Shown in pieces: positions 8,955 through 17,201 of a stretch of 64,000 nucleotides of DNA. Numbering within the stretch: position 1 is the stretch's first letter; each line of letters starts with the position of its first letter. Location of the stretch: the NCBI GenBank assembly GCA_963664705.1, contig OY761556.1, forward strand, positions 2,336,001 to 2,400,000, in the 5' to 3' direction. The notes below the pieces were generated by a model. The model was not told the DNA's origin. It searched no databases and saw only the letters and a program-made list of their open reading frames with translations. Position numbers and translations under genes: made by a program. Origin of the DNA: Acidobacteriota bacterium (GTDB lineage Bacteria > Acidobacteriota > UBA6911).

Positions 8955-10322
8955 CTATCCCAAAAGTTGCAGGATTTCGTCGCTGAGCGCCGACAATATG
9001 GTTGCATACCGGGCGCTCGCCTGATATGCCTTCTGATACTTGATGATGTTGATCGCTTCTTCATCCAGGTTTACACCCGCAAAAGAACTCCGCTGACTTT
9101 GCAACTGGTCCAATACGTTGTTTTGCGTCGTAACACTGTCGCTCGCAGTTTTCTCGTCCGTTCCGATGCGGGAAATCAGTGTCGCATAGTACTCGTTTAT
9201 GCTGGCCGCACCGAGCAGCTTTTCATCGATAATGGAGGCCAGCAGCTTGGCATTCTCGTTGTTGCCAACGCCCGTTCCTGAGGCCGCCGCGGCGACATCT
9301 CTCGGGTCTGTGATCGCTACACTCATGGTCCTGGCCGCACTCGTTGAGGAACCGCCCGCTAGCGGAACGAAAAAATTGCCGCCATCATCTCCATCGAGGT
9401 CGCTTCCTTCAGCGTGCTGTTCATTCACACGCGTGATGATTGTAGCCGCAAGATCATCCAAGGCAGAGAGATATCCGGAAATCTTGTTATCTCTCAGATC
9501 CAGGAGTCCACCCAGTTTCCCCGATTTCATCGAGTCGGTAACTTCGACGCCGTCCAGAAAGAGCCCCTGAAAAGCACCGCTGCCGGACGGAGATATTCCC
9601 AGAGAATGGCTCTGATCCGCGCATACGAGAATTCCGCCATTTGAGGTCGTCACGGTAATAGCGCCCGATTCGTTTTCAAAATAGGTCAGATCCGCAAGAC
9701 TCGACAATTGTTCGATCAATCCCTGTCTCGAATCCCGAAGCGTAAATTCATTCTCTGAATGCTGCGCCTGGGCAGTACTGATCTTGGCATTCAGGTCCGC
9801 GATTTGTGCGGTAATGGCATTGATATCGGTTACGGTATCTCCCACCATGCGATCCTGGGAGGTCTGAACCGCCTGGATGGTATTGTAGAGTCGCCGGAAT
9901 TCTCCGCTCAAAATTTCTGCCGAAGAGATGACCTTCATTCGGAGCGCTGTATCTTCCGGCGAACTGCTCAAGGCGCTAAAGCTGTTGAAGAAATCGGATA
10001 TTGCCTTCTGCAACCCGTTGCCGCTCCCCTGCAGGATGGCATCAATCTGCTGCAGCGCATTCGCCTCAACACTGGACTTCCCCAGCGCTTGCTGCTCCTG
10101 ACTGACGCTATAATCGATATAGCTGTTCCGGATGGCCCGTAACGTTACCCCCTGGATCCCCGACCGTACCCACTCATCCTGATTGGCGGTATACTCAATG
10201 TCCTGGCGTGTGTAATTCTGATTATTCGCGTTGGCAACATTCTTCTGGGTGATGGACAGACCGAACTGCTGCAGGGCAAGACCCTGTTGAACGGAATCAA
10301 GACTGCTCAGAATTGAAGACAT
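8955..10322 (-). CDS. flgK: hook-filament junction HAP1
   Basis: NVANANNQNYTRQ, GKLGGLL, GVNLDEEA..YQKAYQASA. Confidence 0.96.
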   Translation of the reverse strand: MSSILSSLDSVQQGLALQQFGLSITQKNVANANNQNYTRQDIEYTANQDEWVRSGIQGVTLRAIRNSYIDYSVSQEQQALGKSSVEANALQQIDAILQGSGNGLQKAISDFFNSFSALSSSPEDTALRMKVISSAEILSGEFRRLYNTIQAVQTSQDRMVGDTVTDINAITAQIADLNAKISTAQAQHSENEFTLRDSRQGLIEQLSSLADLTYFENESGAITVTTSNGGILVCADQSHSLGISPSGSGAFQGLFLDGVEVTDSMKSGKLGGLLDLRDNKISGYLSALDDLAATIITRVNEQHAEGSDLDGDDGGNFFVPLAGGSSTSAARTMSVAITDPRDVAAAASGTGVGNNENAKLLASIIDEKLLGAASINEYYATLISRIGTDEKTASDSVTTQNNVLDQLQSQRSSFAGVNLDEEAINIIKYQKAYQASARYATILSALSDEILQLLG

Positions 10323-10403
10323 AGTGATTATCCCAGCCGGTCAACGCGTTTGGTGTCGCGCAATAACATCATTACCAGCGACTAGGCAAAACAAATCCGG
10401 TGA

Positions 10404-10895
10404 TCAGGCCTGCCGGGAAAAAGTAGGTTGCACGGAAGGAATTTCCGCGAACAATCCGTTAGGCCGGTATGCGCCGGAAGCGTTGGAAAAAACCGCCAAA
10501 AGCCCTCTGGAATAGTGGAGGGAATGATCGATGAGTTTCCGGTTGCACTGGGTAATGGATCTCAGTTGTCTGACGAGGTGCCGGAACAGATCTGCTTGAG
10601 ACCTGATTTCCGGAGCAAGCGAGGGGTCCACTCTGTCGGCGAGTTTCCTAAGAGTAAATTCCTCTCGTGAAATCCGGAAAACATCCGCAAAGTGACTGCA
10701 GAGACGCGCCATTTCAATCTCCAGGCTGCGGAGCCTGGCACAGAGCGCATCCTCGACTTTGTTGCTTTCCAGAATGGCTTCAACACTGCCCTTTATCAAC
10801 AAGGCAGTCTTCTGCCGGGCATGCTCAACGAGATCGCGGTACAGTGTGATTTCCTCGCGAACAACTCCCAGGAGATCCGAGACCTGGTCGGCCAT
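10404..10895 (-). CDS. flgN: FlgK/FlgL chaperone
   Basis: helical protein between flgM and flgK; N..LI..SL..Y pattern. Confidence 0.8.
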   Translation of the reverse strand: MADQVSDLLGVVREEITLYRDLVEHARQKTALLIKGSVEAILESNKVEDALCARLRSLEIEMARLCSHFADVFRISREEFTLRKLADRVDPSLAPEIRSQADLFRHLVRQLRSITQCNRKLIDHSLHYSRGLLAVFSNASGAYRPNGLFAEIPSVQPTFSRQA

Positions 10896-10898
10896 TAT

Positions 10899-11111
10899 TC
10901 AGATCCTGAGATCGATGTGCATAGAGGATATGGAGTCATCGGTCTTTTGGGATGTATCGGATGGCGAACTGTCGACGTCTTCCTTTTTTTCGGATTGCGG
11001 TTTGGCAGTCTTCGGCTTTCGGGGTTGATCACCCCCCAGCCGCTCCTCGCGCCCAATCCTCTCCAGGAACGGTGAAACGACAAGATTCAAGAGACCAAAG
11101 TCATTTGACAT
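10899..11111 (-). CDS. small hypothetical protein between flgM and flgN
   Basis: SD AGGTGGAG, fills the intergenic gap, ends HIDLRI 3 nt before flgN start; start uncertain (11111/11117/11123). Confidence 0.6.
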   Translation of the reverse strand: MSNDFGLLNLVVSPFLERIGREERLGGDQPRKPKTAKPQSEKKEDVDSSPSDTSQKTDDSISSMHIDLRI

Positions 11112-11132
11112 GGCCATCTCCACCTAGTCGAA

Positions 11133-11438
11133 CTAACCAATCTCGTCGATCAGGTTGCCTCCGATAATTTTTTCGGCGATTTGTTCCGCCTTGACATTGT
11201 AAGTGCCGCTCTCGATCTGGCTGCGAACCTGATTTACCCGATCTTCCCGAACATCCGGTGTGGACCGAATCATGTCCTCGATACGCGAGTATTCGAGACC
11301 CCGAGTCGACAGTTCAATTCTGTCCGAATCAGAACTCGTTTGTCCGCGTTTCTGAACACTCTCAGACTTCTGCGCAGAGTCGAGCCGCTGCACGCTCTTG
11401 TTCAAGCCTATCAAAGGGGTATTGCCGTTAATCTCCAT
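11133..11438 (-). CDS. flgM: anti-sigma28 factor
   Basis: DRIELS, PDVREDRV...IESGTYNV..EQIAEKII. Confidence 0.95.
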   Translation of the reverse strand: MEINGNTPLIGLNKSVQRLDSAQKSESVQKRGQTSSDSDRIELSTRGLEYSRIEDMIRSTPDVREDRVNQVRSQIESGTYNVKAEQIAEKIIGGNLIDEIG

Positions 11439-11469
11439 ATCTATCCTCGAGAGATTACTCCTGAGTTGC

Positions 11470-11497
11470 TTATCGTCCCTTCGATAATAGCACTTTA
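11470..11497 (-). promoter_or_regulatory. sigma28 promoter for flgM operon
   Basis: minus strand TAAA-N16-GACGATAA. Confidence 0.75.
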
Positions 11498-11519
11498 GCC
11501 TATATTACGGATTGTGGCT

Positions 11520-12410
11520 CTAGCCGCCTATTTTCAAGCGGCCCGGGCTCTGTTGTCCGTAAGGATTCGTTTGAGAATTCAACACCGCAAGGGGATCAAC
11601 CGGTGTTCCCATACGAATCACTTCAAAATGAAGATGAGGACCGGTGCTGCGTCCTGTATTACCAACAGTGCCCAGGTTTGTCTCTGAATTGACGACATCC
11701 CCGGCCTTAACACTAATCGTGCCCAGATGCCCGTAACGCGTTTGAACTCCATCCGCGTGCTGCACCAGGACAGTATTGCCATATCCGCTCATGTATCCGG
11801 CGGAAACTACAGTCCCGGGCAATGCCGATACCACCCTCATCCCCTCGGGAGCCGCCAGATCCAATCCCTTGTGGAATCGAGCCTGGTGGGAGATCGGATC
11901 CTTCCGCATTCCGAATGCGGAGCTTATGTGCGCATGCACCGGAAGCTGCAGATCCGAAATATCCTCCCCCTCACACAGCGGGCTCGGTTGTTCCGTAGTT
12001 GCGGGAGCCTTGGTTCCAGAACCTGCCTCGGTTTCCTTGGTTTGACCGGGCTCCGACACTTTGGCCGATTCCCTTTCAGAGAGGCTTTTATATATGAGGT
12101 CCGAAATACCGAGAGCACCCCGCCGAGACATGCTCAGCGATATTTCCTGATCAAAAAGATCCGTATAGATAGATTTCCCAAAACCGCCTTCGAACAGGCC
12201 GGACTCTTCAACCGTTTCACGCATCACCTTCAACAGCTGCGACAGAAAGATGGCTTCAAACTCCTGAGAGACCTTCTTCAGTTCATTCGAGTTCTTCGGC
12301 CCGGTCGAATTCTGGACCGCGCGAACCTTTTCCTCCAGATGCGTGCCGTTGGATGTCAGGATATCCGTCGGAACCTGGGTCAGTGGAGTTAAGGTTAGTG
12401 AATTCTGCAC
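11520..12410 (-). CDS. flgJ: FlgJ: rod-binding domain fused to M23 peptidase
   Basis: LKKVSQEFEAIFLSQLLKVMR plus HKGLD, YGHL, TGPHLHFE. Confidence 0.9.
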   Translation of the reverse strand: MQNSLTLTPLTQVPTDILTSNGTHLEEKVRAVQNSTGPKNSNELKKVSQEFEAIFLSQLLKVMRETVEESGLFEGGFGKSIYTDLFDQEISLSMSRRGALGISDLIYKSLSERESAKVSEPGQTKETEAGSGTKAPATTEQPSPLCEGEDISDLQLPVHAHISSAFGMRKDPISHQARFHKGLDLAAPEGMRVVSALPGTVVSAGYMSGYGNTVLVQHADGVQTRYGHLGTISVKAGDVVNSETNLGTVGNTGRSTGPHLHFEVIRMGTPVDPLAVLNSQTNPYGQQSPGRLKIGG

Positions 12411-12441
12411 GATCGTCTCGAATCAGTCGGTTTAAACAGGG

Positions 12442-13551
12442 TTAAATAACTTCCAACTCAGCCTGCAATGCACCCTGCGCTTTGATTGCCTGCAAAATTG
12501 CGATCACATCTCTGGGAGTCGCCCCGATGGAATTCAGCGCCCGGACAACTTCCTCTACGCTCGCCCCTTCACGCAAAGTGACGGCCTGTCCCTTCTCTTC
12601 CTTTACCGTAACACTCTCTTTCGGTACAACCGCGGTCTGGCCAGTGGACGAAAACGGCGATGGCTGGGATACCTCCAAAATCGTTCCCACCTGGAGCGAA
12701 AGTCCCCCGTGAATGATGGAGACCTCGGCAATCCGGACATCCTTCCCCAGAACAACCGTGCCGGTCTTTTCATTGACCACAACCCGCGCCGGAGAGTCGA
12801 CATCCATGGTTGCGTTCTCCACAACCGACAGGAATTCAATAACACGATTGCTGTAGCTGGCAGGCACATTGAACGCAATAGTGCGGGCATCGACCGGGTT
12901 GGCGACGCCGGCCTCTGACGCCTGGTTGATCGCACGGGCGGCCCTGAGCGCGGTGGTAAAATCGCTTCGATTCAACACGAGGTTGAACTTTGATTTCCCC
13001 ACAATATCCAAATTCAAATCAGACTCCACCAGCCCGCCATTCGGAATTCGTCCAACGGTGGGATGGTTCAACTGGACTCGACTATTCGCTCCTCCACCTG
13101 AATATCCGCCAATGGTTACCTCGCCCTGTGCCGCAACATAAACCTGTCCATTGGCCGCTTTCAGGGGGGTCCGGATCAGAACTCCGCCCTGCAGACTCTG
13201 CGCATCTCCCATGGAGCTTACGGTAACGTCGATATGGTTCCCCTGTCGGGCAAAGGGGGGCAAAACCGCCGTTACCATTACGGCAGCGATGTTCTTTACT
13301 CTTATCTTGTCCGCGGAAATAGTAATGCCGCTGCGCTGGAGCATATTGGCAAGCGCCTGCGTCGAGAATACTGTCTGGCTGCGATCGCCGGTACCGTTCA
13401 GCCCCACAATGAGCCCAAGTCCATTCAGCTGGTTATCGCGGACTCCTTCAATGCTCGCAACATCCTTGATGCGGCTTGCGGCCGATATGGATATTGGGCA
13501 TAGCCCCACCAGCACAATCGTCATGAAAAAATATGGCAGCTTCCGGAACAT
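12442..13551 (-). CDS. flgI: P-ring protein
   Basis: RIKDVASIEGVRDNQL.G.GLIVGLNGTGD, GALQAELEVI. Confidence 0.97.
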   Translation of the reverse strand: MFRKLPYFFMTIVLVGLCPISISAASRIKDVASIEGVRDNQLNGLGLIVGLNGTGDRSQTVFSTQALANMLQRSGITISADKIRVKNIAAVMVTAVLPPFARQGNHIDVTVSSMGDAQSLQGGVLIRTPLKAANGQVYVAAQGEVTIGGYSGGGANSRVQLNHPTVGRIPNGGLVESDLNLDIVGKSKFNLVLNRSDFTTALRAARAINQASEAGVANPVDARTIAFNVPASYSNRVIEFLSVVENATMDVDSPARVVVNEKTGTVVLGKDVRIAEVSIIHGGLSLQVGTILEVSQPSPFSSTGQTAVVPKESVTVKEEKGQAVTLREGASVEEVVRALNSIGATPRDVIAILQAIKAQGALQAELEVI

Positions 13552-13564
13552 GCGTCCTCTTTAG

Positions 13565-14269
13565 CTAAAATGGCAAAATTCCTGTGAGTATCTTGTATAG
13601 CCAGCCGGGATTGGTGGACTGACTTACAACGCCACGTCCCTGCACTCGAACCGACATCTGGGCAATGGACGAGGAAAGCACCGTATTGCCGGAGCTGACA
13701 TCTTCCGGGCGCACAACGCCGGTAAGATATACACTCTGGTTTTCATTATTGACGCGAATTTCCCGCATCCCCTCCACAACAAGGTATCCGTTTGGAAGGA
13801 CGTCGATGACCCTTCCGGTCAGAGTGGTTTCCAATGTAGTGGCACGCGTCGTGGAGCCTTTCCCTTCAAAGCTTGAGCTGGCTTTCCCGTTTGCCAGGTT
13901 GGGCAGTTCCTTAATTTTCCGCTCGAGCCCGAAAAGACTATCCATGCCTGCCGTGAGCGCCGTATCCCGCGAATTCTTTGCGTCCGCACTGGCCAACGCC
14001 TGCGTTGACTCGGAGACCACAATCGTCACCATGTCGTCGACAAAGCGGGCTTTGGGATCACGAAACAGATCTGAATTGGGTCCGTTCACCCAAAGTGATC
14101 CTTCCGCCGTCTTGGATTCAGCCCTTGTCTTGTGAGCACTCTCCACATAGGACCGCAGTTCCGTGGGATCCTTCACCTGGGCTTTGGTGGAAATGCAGCC
14201 TGCCGAACAGGCCGAAACCAGGATGAGCCCAACAATACTCAGAATCGAGTCCCTCATGCGATTATCCAC
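13565..14269 (-). CDS. flgH: L-ring lipoprotein
   Basis: lipobox-like SAGC, GSLW, VLPNGYL, GVVRPED, ends LPF. Confidence 0.96.
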   Translation of the reverse strand: MDNRMRDSILSIVGLILVSACSAGCISTKAQVKDPTELRSYVESAHKTRAESKTAEGSLWVNGPNSDLFRDPKARFVDDMVTIVVSESTQALASADAKNSRDTALTAGMDSLFGLERKIKELPNLANGKASSSFEGKGSTTRATTLETTLTGRVIDVLPNGYLVVEGMREIRVNNENQSVYLTGVVRPEDVSSGNTVLSSSIAQMSVRVQGRGVVSQSTNPGWLYKILTGILPF

Positions 14270-14271
14270 TC

Positions 14272-15240
14272 CTATTGGATCTTCACCGACCCTGGACCAA
14301 CGACCTTCGCTTTCAAAGCGGTCGAGAACTCCAGATTGCGAACGACTATGGTTTGACCAAGCTTTCCGTCCTGCTCGGCTTTGGCGGAGGCAACCAACAC
14401 GATGCCGTTTCTTTCGAGACGAAGCTGTACCGTCTCGCCATGCCGCACAAGAAATGGGTCCGTAAAAGCTTCACGCGTGAACAGATCTCCCGGAGAAAAC
14501 CCTCGGCGCGAGACTTTCCCGATCAGTTCATCTGACTGTCGGATATAGGCATTGCGAAAATCCGCAATATCGACGATCGACTCCGCTATATCCTCGGAAG
14601 TGATTGCTATGTTGTAAGGAATTTTCCTGGCTGCAGTAAGAACCCTGGCACGAATGGAAATATCGACATTGATCCAGAAGGAGCGCTGCACTTTTTCTTC
14701 CTGGATAGCCTCGAAATTTACCAACAGCCTGTTTCTGCCGACCGCGGTTGTCCCCGGCCCAAGCCGCAGTTGCGTATCGCCGGGCGGCAGTTCAATTTCG
14801 TTCAGATTGCCGATGGCCCGGATCTCAATCTCGGCTTCTTTCCAAAGAGTCGTTGCGGTGATATAGCCCTTCAGTGCGCCCGCAATGTCATCCGGCCGGA
14901 GGTGCTTTCCCTGCCGTCTGATTTGAACCGCCGGAGCCCCCTCGAAAGACAGCCCGCCACGGACCAAGGAATTCGGGATTTTGGCGTAAATCTGCTGGCG
15001 GCTCCATTCGGAAATCTTGCCGAATTCAGGGGACGGTCCCAGCTCAACACGGCCCAAACGTCCTGCCGCGTCCGAATCAAGTCCATGAATATCTGCGATA
15101 TCGCCCAGACATATGACATCTGAGCCGACGGCAACATCCTGCTTCAGCGCAACCACCAGCGCGTGCGCGGCATTCAATGCCGGAGCAAACAGAATGATCA
15201 AAGCCAATACCGGCAAAACGAAACGTACTGCATGAAGCAA
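14272..15240 (-). CDS. flgA: P-ring assembly chaperone FlgA
   Basis: SAF-like domain, LVRHGETV, AEQDGKLGQTIVVRN; TTG at 15240 with SD GAGGGGAG gives a clean signal peptide (frame stays open to 15510). Confidence 0.88.
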   Translation of the reverse strand: MLHAVRFVLPVLALIILFAPALNAAHALVVALKQDVAVGSDVICLGDIADIHGLDSDAAGRLGRVELGPSPEFGKISEWSRQQIYAKIPNSLVRGGLSFEGAPAVQIRRQGKHLRPDDIAGALKGYITATTLWKEAEIEIRAIGNLNEIELPPGDTQLRLGPGTTAVGRNRLLVNFEAIQEEKVQRSFWINVDISIRARVLTAARKIPYNIAITSEDIAESIVDIADFRNAYIRQSDELIGKVSRRGFSPGDLFTREAFTDPFLVRHGETVQLRLERNGIVLVASAKAEQDGKLGQTIVVRNLEFSTALKAKVVGPGSVKIQ

Positions 15241-15470
15241 GTTGCGAACACTCCCCTCACCCAACCCGATGCGGACAATACTGCGTGGCGAACAAGACAA
15301 GCCCGGAAGTATGCAAATTTGAAAGGGTGCATTCTCCCGGCGAATGAAGAAAGGGGTAAAGCGGAAACCGTTCACACCGGCTATATCTCGAGGAAAAGCC
15401 GATGCGTTCGGAAACGCAAAAGGGATTGGGCAAAGGGTGAGGAGAGAATTCGAAACTTGCCTCATAATAC
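15225..15470 (-). ncRNA. structured RNA element between flgG and flgA
   Basis: 31-nt arms 15435-15465 and 15232-15262 pair at 29/31 positions (3 G-U on the mRNA strand); internal hairpins; 4x CCCUUU. Confidence 0.65.
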
Positions 15471-15472
15471 TC

Positions 15473-16261
15473 TTACCGAACAACGTTATTTGCCTGGGTA
15501 AACATTTCATCCGCGGTGCGGATTACCTTGGAGTTGGCTTCATAAGCCCGCTGGCTAATGATCATATTCACCATCTCCTCGACGACACTGACATTGGATT
15601 GCTCTACATATCCCTGGAGCAAGGTCCCCAGTCCGGTTTCTCCTGCAGTGCCGGTAACGGCATCACCGGAGGACTGAGTGGGAACAAAGAGGCTTTTGCC
15701 GATGTTTTCCAGCCCCGCCGGATTCTGAAATAGCGCCAACTCGATTTTTCCTACCTGCTGGGGTTGGGATTGACCGGACTGCTTTATCGATACGGACCCG
15801 TCGGATCCGATCGTGATTCCGGTCTGATCCTGCGGAATGGTGATTTGCGGTTCGAGCAGATCCCCTTCTGATGTCACAATGTTTCCATCGCGATTCAGGT
15901 GAAAGTTGCCATTCCTGGTATAGGCAATTTGCCCGTTGCTCTGGCGAACCTGGAAAAATCCTTGCCCCTGGATTACGAGATCCAGCGGATTTCCGGTCGA
16001 GGCAAAATCGCCCTGAGTAAAGATAATGTCCGTTGCAACCGCCTTGGTACCGAGTCCGACCTGCAACCCGACCGGGATATCGGTCGTTGCGGTATTGGCC
16101 GCACCCGCCTGTCGAATATTCTGGTAAAGCAAATCCTGAAACTGAGCTTTGCGCTGTTTGTATCCGCTTGTGTTGATGTTTGCGAGATTGTGCGCAATGG
16201 TATCGATATTCAGCTGCTGCGCTTCCATTCCGGTTGCAGCCGTACTCAGTGCTCTTAACAT
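15473..16261 (-). CDS. flgG: distal rod protein
   Basis: AHNLANINTSGYK, FQDLLYQ, EQSNVSVVEEMV; 262 aa. Confidence 0.97.
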   Translation of the reverse strand: MLRALSTAATGMEAQQLNIDTIAHNLANINTSGYKQRKAQFQDLLYQNIRQAGAANTATTDIPVGLQVGLGTKAVATDIIFTQGDFASTGNPLDLVIQGQGFFQVRQSNGQIAYTRNGNFHLNRDGNIVTSEGDLLEPQITIPQDQTGITIGSDGSVSIKQSGQSQPQQVGKIELALFQNPAGLENIGKSLFVPTQSSGDAVTGTAGETGLGTLLQGYVEQSNVSVVEEMVNMIISQRAYEANSKVIRTADEMFTQANNVVR

Positions 16262-16270
16262 ACGGTCTCC

Positions 16271-17008
16271 CTATTTGCCCAGTTTCTCAATGGCTTTTGA
16301 ATTGATGTCATTCATCAGAAGACTCATGCTCTTCTGGATAGACTCGAATTGCCTCATGATCTCCACCATACGAACCAAGGATGAGACAGGATTGACGTTA
16401 GAAGTTTCCAGGTATCCGGATTTGACGGTTGCAGTGGATGGGCGCTCCGAAGCCTGGTCGCCCTTTACACGAAAGAGGGAGTTCCCTTCCTTTTCCAGTG
16501 TCGACAATTTGTCAAATGTGACAATTTTCAGACGATCCACTCTTGAGTTTTCAAGCAGGACCTCACCATCCGAGTTAATTTGAATCTTGCCGGGGCCCAG
16601 AGTAATGGGCTTGCCGGTGACTCCAAGCACTGGGCTGCCATCTGTGGTGGTAAGGACGGATTTTGCATTCAAATGCAGGCTTCCATTTCGCGTATAGCGA
16701 ACCCCCTGCGGCGCGTTCACTGCAAGAAAGCCATTGCCCTCCAGGGCAACATCCAGATCGCGATTCGTAAACGTAAATGAACTGCCGGCAGTATTTAGGG
16801 ATTTCCCAATCTGCACGGGTCGATTGATGGCCGATTCAAGCGTGGCGGCCTTGCCGGTTTGGTCCAGTGATTCCTCAAGCACAGAGATGAAGGTATTCTC
16901 CTCCTTGAACCCGGTCGTATTTGCGTTCGCCAGGTTGTTGGCGAGTACGTCCAGAGCCTCTGACTGAGCTTTGAGTCCTGTATACGCTGTATAAAGTCCG
17001 CTGTTCAC
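16271..17008 (-). CDS. flgF: proximal rod protein
   Basis: ANNLANANTTGFK, YTRNG, LETSNVNPV; GTG start with SD GAGG. Confidence 0.93.
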   Translation of the reverse strand: MNSGLYTAYTGLKAQSEALDVLANNLANANTTGFKEENTFISVLEESLDQTGKAATLESAINRPVQIGKSLNTAGSSFTFTNRDLDVALEGNGFLAVNAPQGVRYTRNGSLHLNAKSVLTTTDGSPVLGVTGKPITLGPGKIQINSDGEVLLENSRVDRLKIVTFDKLSTLEKEGNSLFRVKGDQASERPSTATVKSGYLETSNVNPVSSLVRMVEIMRQFESIQKSMSLLMNDINSKAIEKLGK

Positions 17009-17063
17009 TGGTTGATTCCTCTTGTTAATTAGCGCTCGCAGCCATTCCCAAGCACTCAATACC

Positions 17064-17080
17064 TAGCAACTTCCGTGCCA
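17064..17080 (-). promoter_or_regulatory. sigma54 promoter of flgF operon
   Basis: TGGCACGGAAGTTGCTA. Confidence 0.9.
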
Positions 17081-17201
17081 CATTTTCCTATTTGCTATAT
17101 CCTGCATTTTCAAACATTTCCCGGCATTCATCCTGTCCGCTCTCTCTGCCAGTGTCATACAAATGGCAAATCTTGCCCAGTCGGCTGGGAAAGGATTGCG
17201 T

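Noticed and set aside
15225-15470. MITE, or plus-strand CsrB-like sRNA (7 GGA on plus strand)
   Set aside because: No TSD or second copy in the window; G-U pairs favour the minus strand; not fully excluded
14272-15510. 412-aa FlgA as called by the ORF track
   Set aside because: Overlaps flgG and buries the signal peptide; TTG 15240 fits better (the open frame is kept as a finding)
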